The notes below the pieces were generated by a model. That model saw only the letters and a list, made by a program, of their open reading frames with translations. It ran no database searches and was not told the DNA's origin. A stretch of DNA of 60,706 nt, counting the filler, from Sphacelaria rigidula (taxonomy: Eukaryota): NCBI GenBank assembly GCA_964200075.2. It is 7 parts of 7 records of this genome, joined end to end, with 100 filler letters (N's around TTAATTAATTAA, not from the genome) between each part and the next. Parts side by side here need not be neighbours in the genome. Positions count along the whole stretch, not along the records: positions 52,122 to 60,706 come from CAXNAA020010692.1; 6 more parts are not named here. One strand, written 5' to 3'. Of the stretch, positions 59,182 through 60,706 are shown piece by piece; the first letter of the stretch is position 1; each line of letters begins with the position of its first letter. The position numbers and the translations under genes were made by a program.

Positions 59182-60121
59182 CGCACGCACCACGGGGATC
59201 CGAAGAACATCAGCTTGTGCGTCTTGCAAGGGACATGGAAGAATCAGGATGGCAGAATCTTACCTCACGTTTACTGCAATGGTTTTCTCTATTCCTCCTT
59301 TGATTTTCCTCCCCTGATATGTGTTTTCAATGCTACCATGATCGAACTTTCTGAGAAAGTACTTCCTGTCTCTTGATAAAAGTGGAATAGACTGCCGTAC
59401 GCTGCGGGCGGTCCACGTAACGGTCGGTATGCGTCAGACGAAACCTTAAGACCGCCGGTATTGATCCAACTGCGTCAAAAACGGGTATGTGTATCCCCCT
59501 CCTCCCCCCCCTCGCCCTCACCCGCGAAAGAGGACGGGGATAAGATATGTAAAAGATTTTTGTGTGATGTATGGAAGAAACGTAATGAGCGCCGGAATGT
59601 CGGGTCTCTATTAGGATCAGGAACGGTGCTCCGTCTCGAAAGGGATACGTTGTCAATGGTCAAACGACTAAGGCAAGCAACGAATGAGTACCCCCCTTCC
59701 CCCCCACCCACCCACCCCCCTCCCTCCCGGCAGGCTACGGAGGTCAATGGTCTTATGACTATGGCATGCATGGTCCAGGAAGGCTACCGCCCATACAGAA
59801 TGGTACCGGCCTCAGATGATGATAACTCCACCGTGTGATGAACCAAGACGCATTTATAAAGGTAGCGACAATACAGCTTTGCCCTCATCGCTTGATTCCT
59901 GCGAAAGCATCTTGCCTTGTGTCACCACCGATATCCTCCTACTGTTGCTGTTACTCCCACCACTGCAGGAATTCGTGCAAGCAGAGGTGGACCGCGAGGA
60001 GGCAGCCATAGCCCGAGACAGGGAAAAGGCTAGACAGAGGGAGAACAGATCTACGGAGATGGAGGATCAAGTCAGGAATCTCAGGGATCAGCTGGTCACT
60101 CTCCAGGAGGGCATCGGACAG
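53981..60121 (+). CDS. CEP290: Long coiled-coil protein, CEP290-like, partial (four internal exons)
   Basis: Exons 53981-54107, 57228-57386, 58363-58503 and 59969-60121, all AG/GT and joined in phase 0: IYRETEDSLGQLR...LEEVSGLLGEKDETIRQLELKL...LRKALLAKEKKMRGLREALVKLKQEFVQAEVDR...EMEDQVRNLRDQLVTLQEGI. Resembles the CEP290 segment LKSQLALKEKQQKALSRALLELRAEM as recalled from memory; no search was run. Confidence 0.75.
54435..54712 (-). mobile_element. tRNA-derived SINE (family distinct from 45907), minus copy
   Basis: Reverse complement carries TGGTGTCATGG A box and GGTTCGATTCC B box; aligns over ~280 bp with 55172-55458. Confidence 0.82.
55172..55458 (+). mobile_element. tRNA-derived SINE, plus copy
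   Basis: A box TGGTGTAATGG (55187-55197), B box GGTTCGATTTC (55232-55242), body shared with 54435-54712. Confidence 0.82.
56811..57206. mobile_element. Stack of repeat fragments (family 2 end, family 3 piece, family 1 end) abutting an exon
   Basis: 56811-56890 matches family 2; 56905-57005 matches 60527-60626; 57030-57206 matches family 1. Confidence 0.75.
57228..57386 (+). CDS. CEP290: CEP290-like exon: VSGLLGEKDETIRQLELKL...DLATLASQ
   Basis: ccaag acceptor, CAG|GTACCG donor, 159 nt. Confidence 0.82.
57904..58261. mobile_element. Possible solo LTR or short TIR element
   Basis: Begins TGATGG and ends CCATCA (TG...CA), 358 bp; no target-site duplication seen. Confidence 0.4.
58363..58503 (+). 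CDS. CEP290: CEP290-like exon: LQDAEERC...LREALVKLKQ
   Basis: aacag acceptor, CAG|GTACAG donor, 141 nt; not in the ORF track. Confidence 0.85.
59555..59775 (+). mobile_element. Family 2 repeat with C-rich tail, followed by a family 1 piece
   Basis: ggaagaaacgtaatgagcgccggaatgt...aatgagtacccccc matches 52259-52477 and 53833-53966. Confidence 0.85.
59969..60121 (+). CDS. CEP290: CEP290-like exon: EFVQAEVDREE...LQEGIGQ
   Basis: tgcag acceptor, CAG|GTAGCT donor, 153 nt. Confidence 0.85.
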
Positions 60122-60706
60122 GTAGCTACAACTATAGCACTGCTCCCCTGATGATGAGTGTTTTTCGGTCTTTTTTGGCACCATATATCGGTATCTATTT
60201 CGCGCTGTATCGCTGTACGCCGTGTACCACCCCCGTACAAGATAAAGGGGGAGGGACTGTACGAGAGTGGAGAAACGAACCGGGGTGCGAATTCACAGTG
60301 TCAGGAGGAAGGTTAGGGGGTCCATGAGAGTCATATAATAGTAACGTTTGTGTAAGAGAAGCTGAGGTGCGTGTGCATCATTCGTTGCGTTCTGTTGTGT
60401 ACTAGATGTAAACTCTTGTCGTTCGTCTTTTCTGTCAACCAAACACTGGTGTGTATAGTGAGAGGCAGACTCTACCGTGGGGGCTTGCAGTCCGTGCTGC
60501 CTTAGTTCCTCCCCCCCACTCGTAAACATGAGACGGTGTATAAGCCGTGGCTGTCTCTGGAAGTGGCGAAACCAGATAATAAAGCAACTCGTTGTAGGCT
60601 GTCAACCAAATGCAAGATATCCAGTACACACACGACCCCCCCCACCCCGCACCCCACCCCCCCCACCCCCACCCCCCCCCCGCCCCCCCCCCCCCCCCCA
60701 CCACCC

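Overview
Eukaryotic, intron-rich, repeat-dense DNA. Gene style and repeats resemble a brown alga or other stramenopile (inference). The window is not continuous: six identical 100-nt spacers (N44-TTAATTAATTAA-N44) cut it into seven blocks of 8585-8588 bp, so linkage across spacers cannot be assumed. Well-supported content: six minus-strand exons of a Cullin-1-like gene (one GC-AG intron); four phase-consistent plus-strand exons of a CEP290-like coiled-coil gene; a three-exon atypical protein kinase fragment; a decayed DD40D mariner transposase; a TA-flanked pogo-like element; piggyBac-like TTAA elements; tRNA-derived SINEs; many foldback/MITE elements; and an 8.6-kb satellite of 32 monomers (262-289 bp) with higher-order organisation. 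No prokaryotic operon, CRISPR array, rRNA or intact tRNA was found. The best leads for something undescribed are the structured satellite, the dispersed ATGAGTAC-(C)n-ended repeats that abut splice acceptors, and decayed enzyme-like cargo (kinase, SET-like, methyltransferase-like) in repeat-rich DNA. The cargo calls are inference from motifs.
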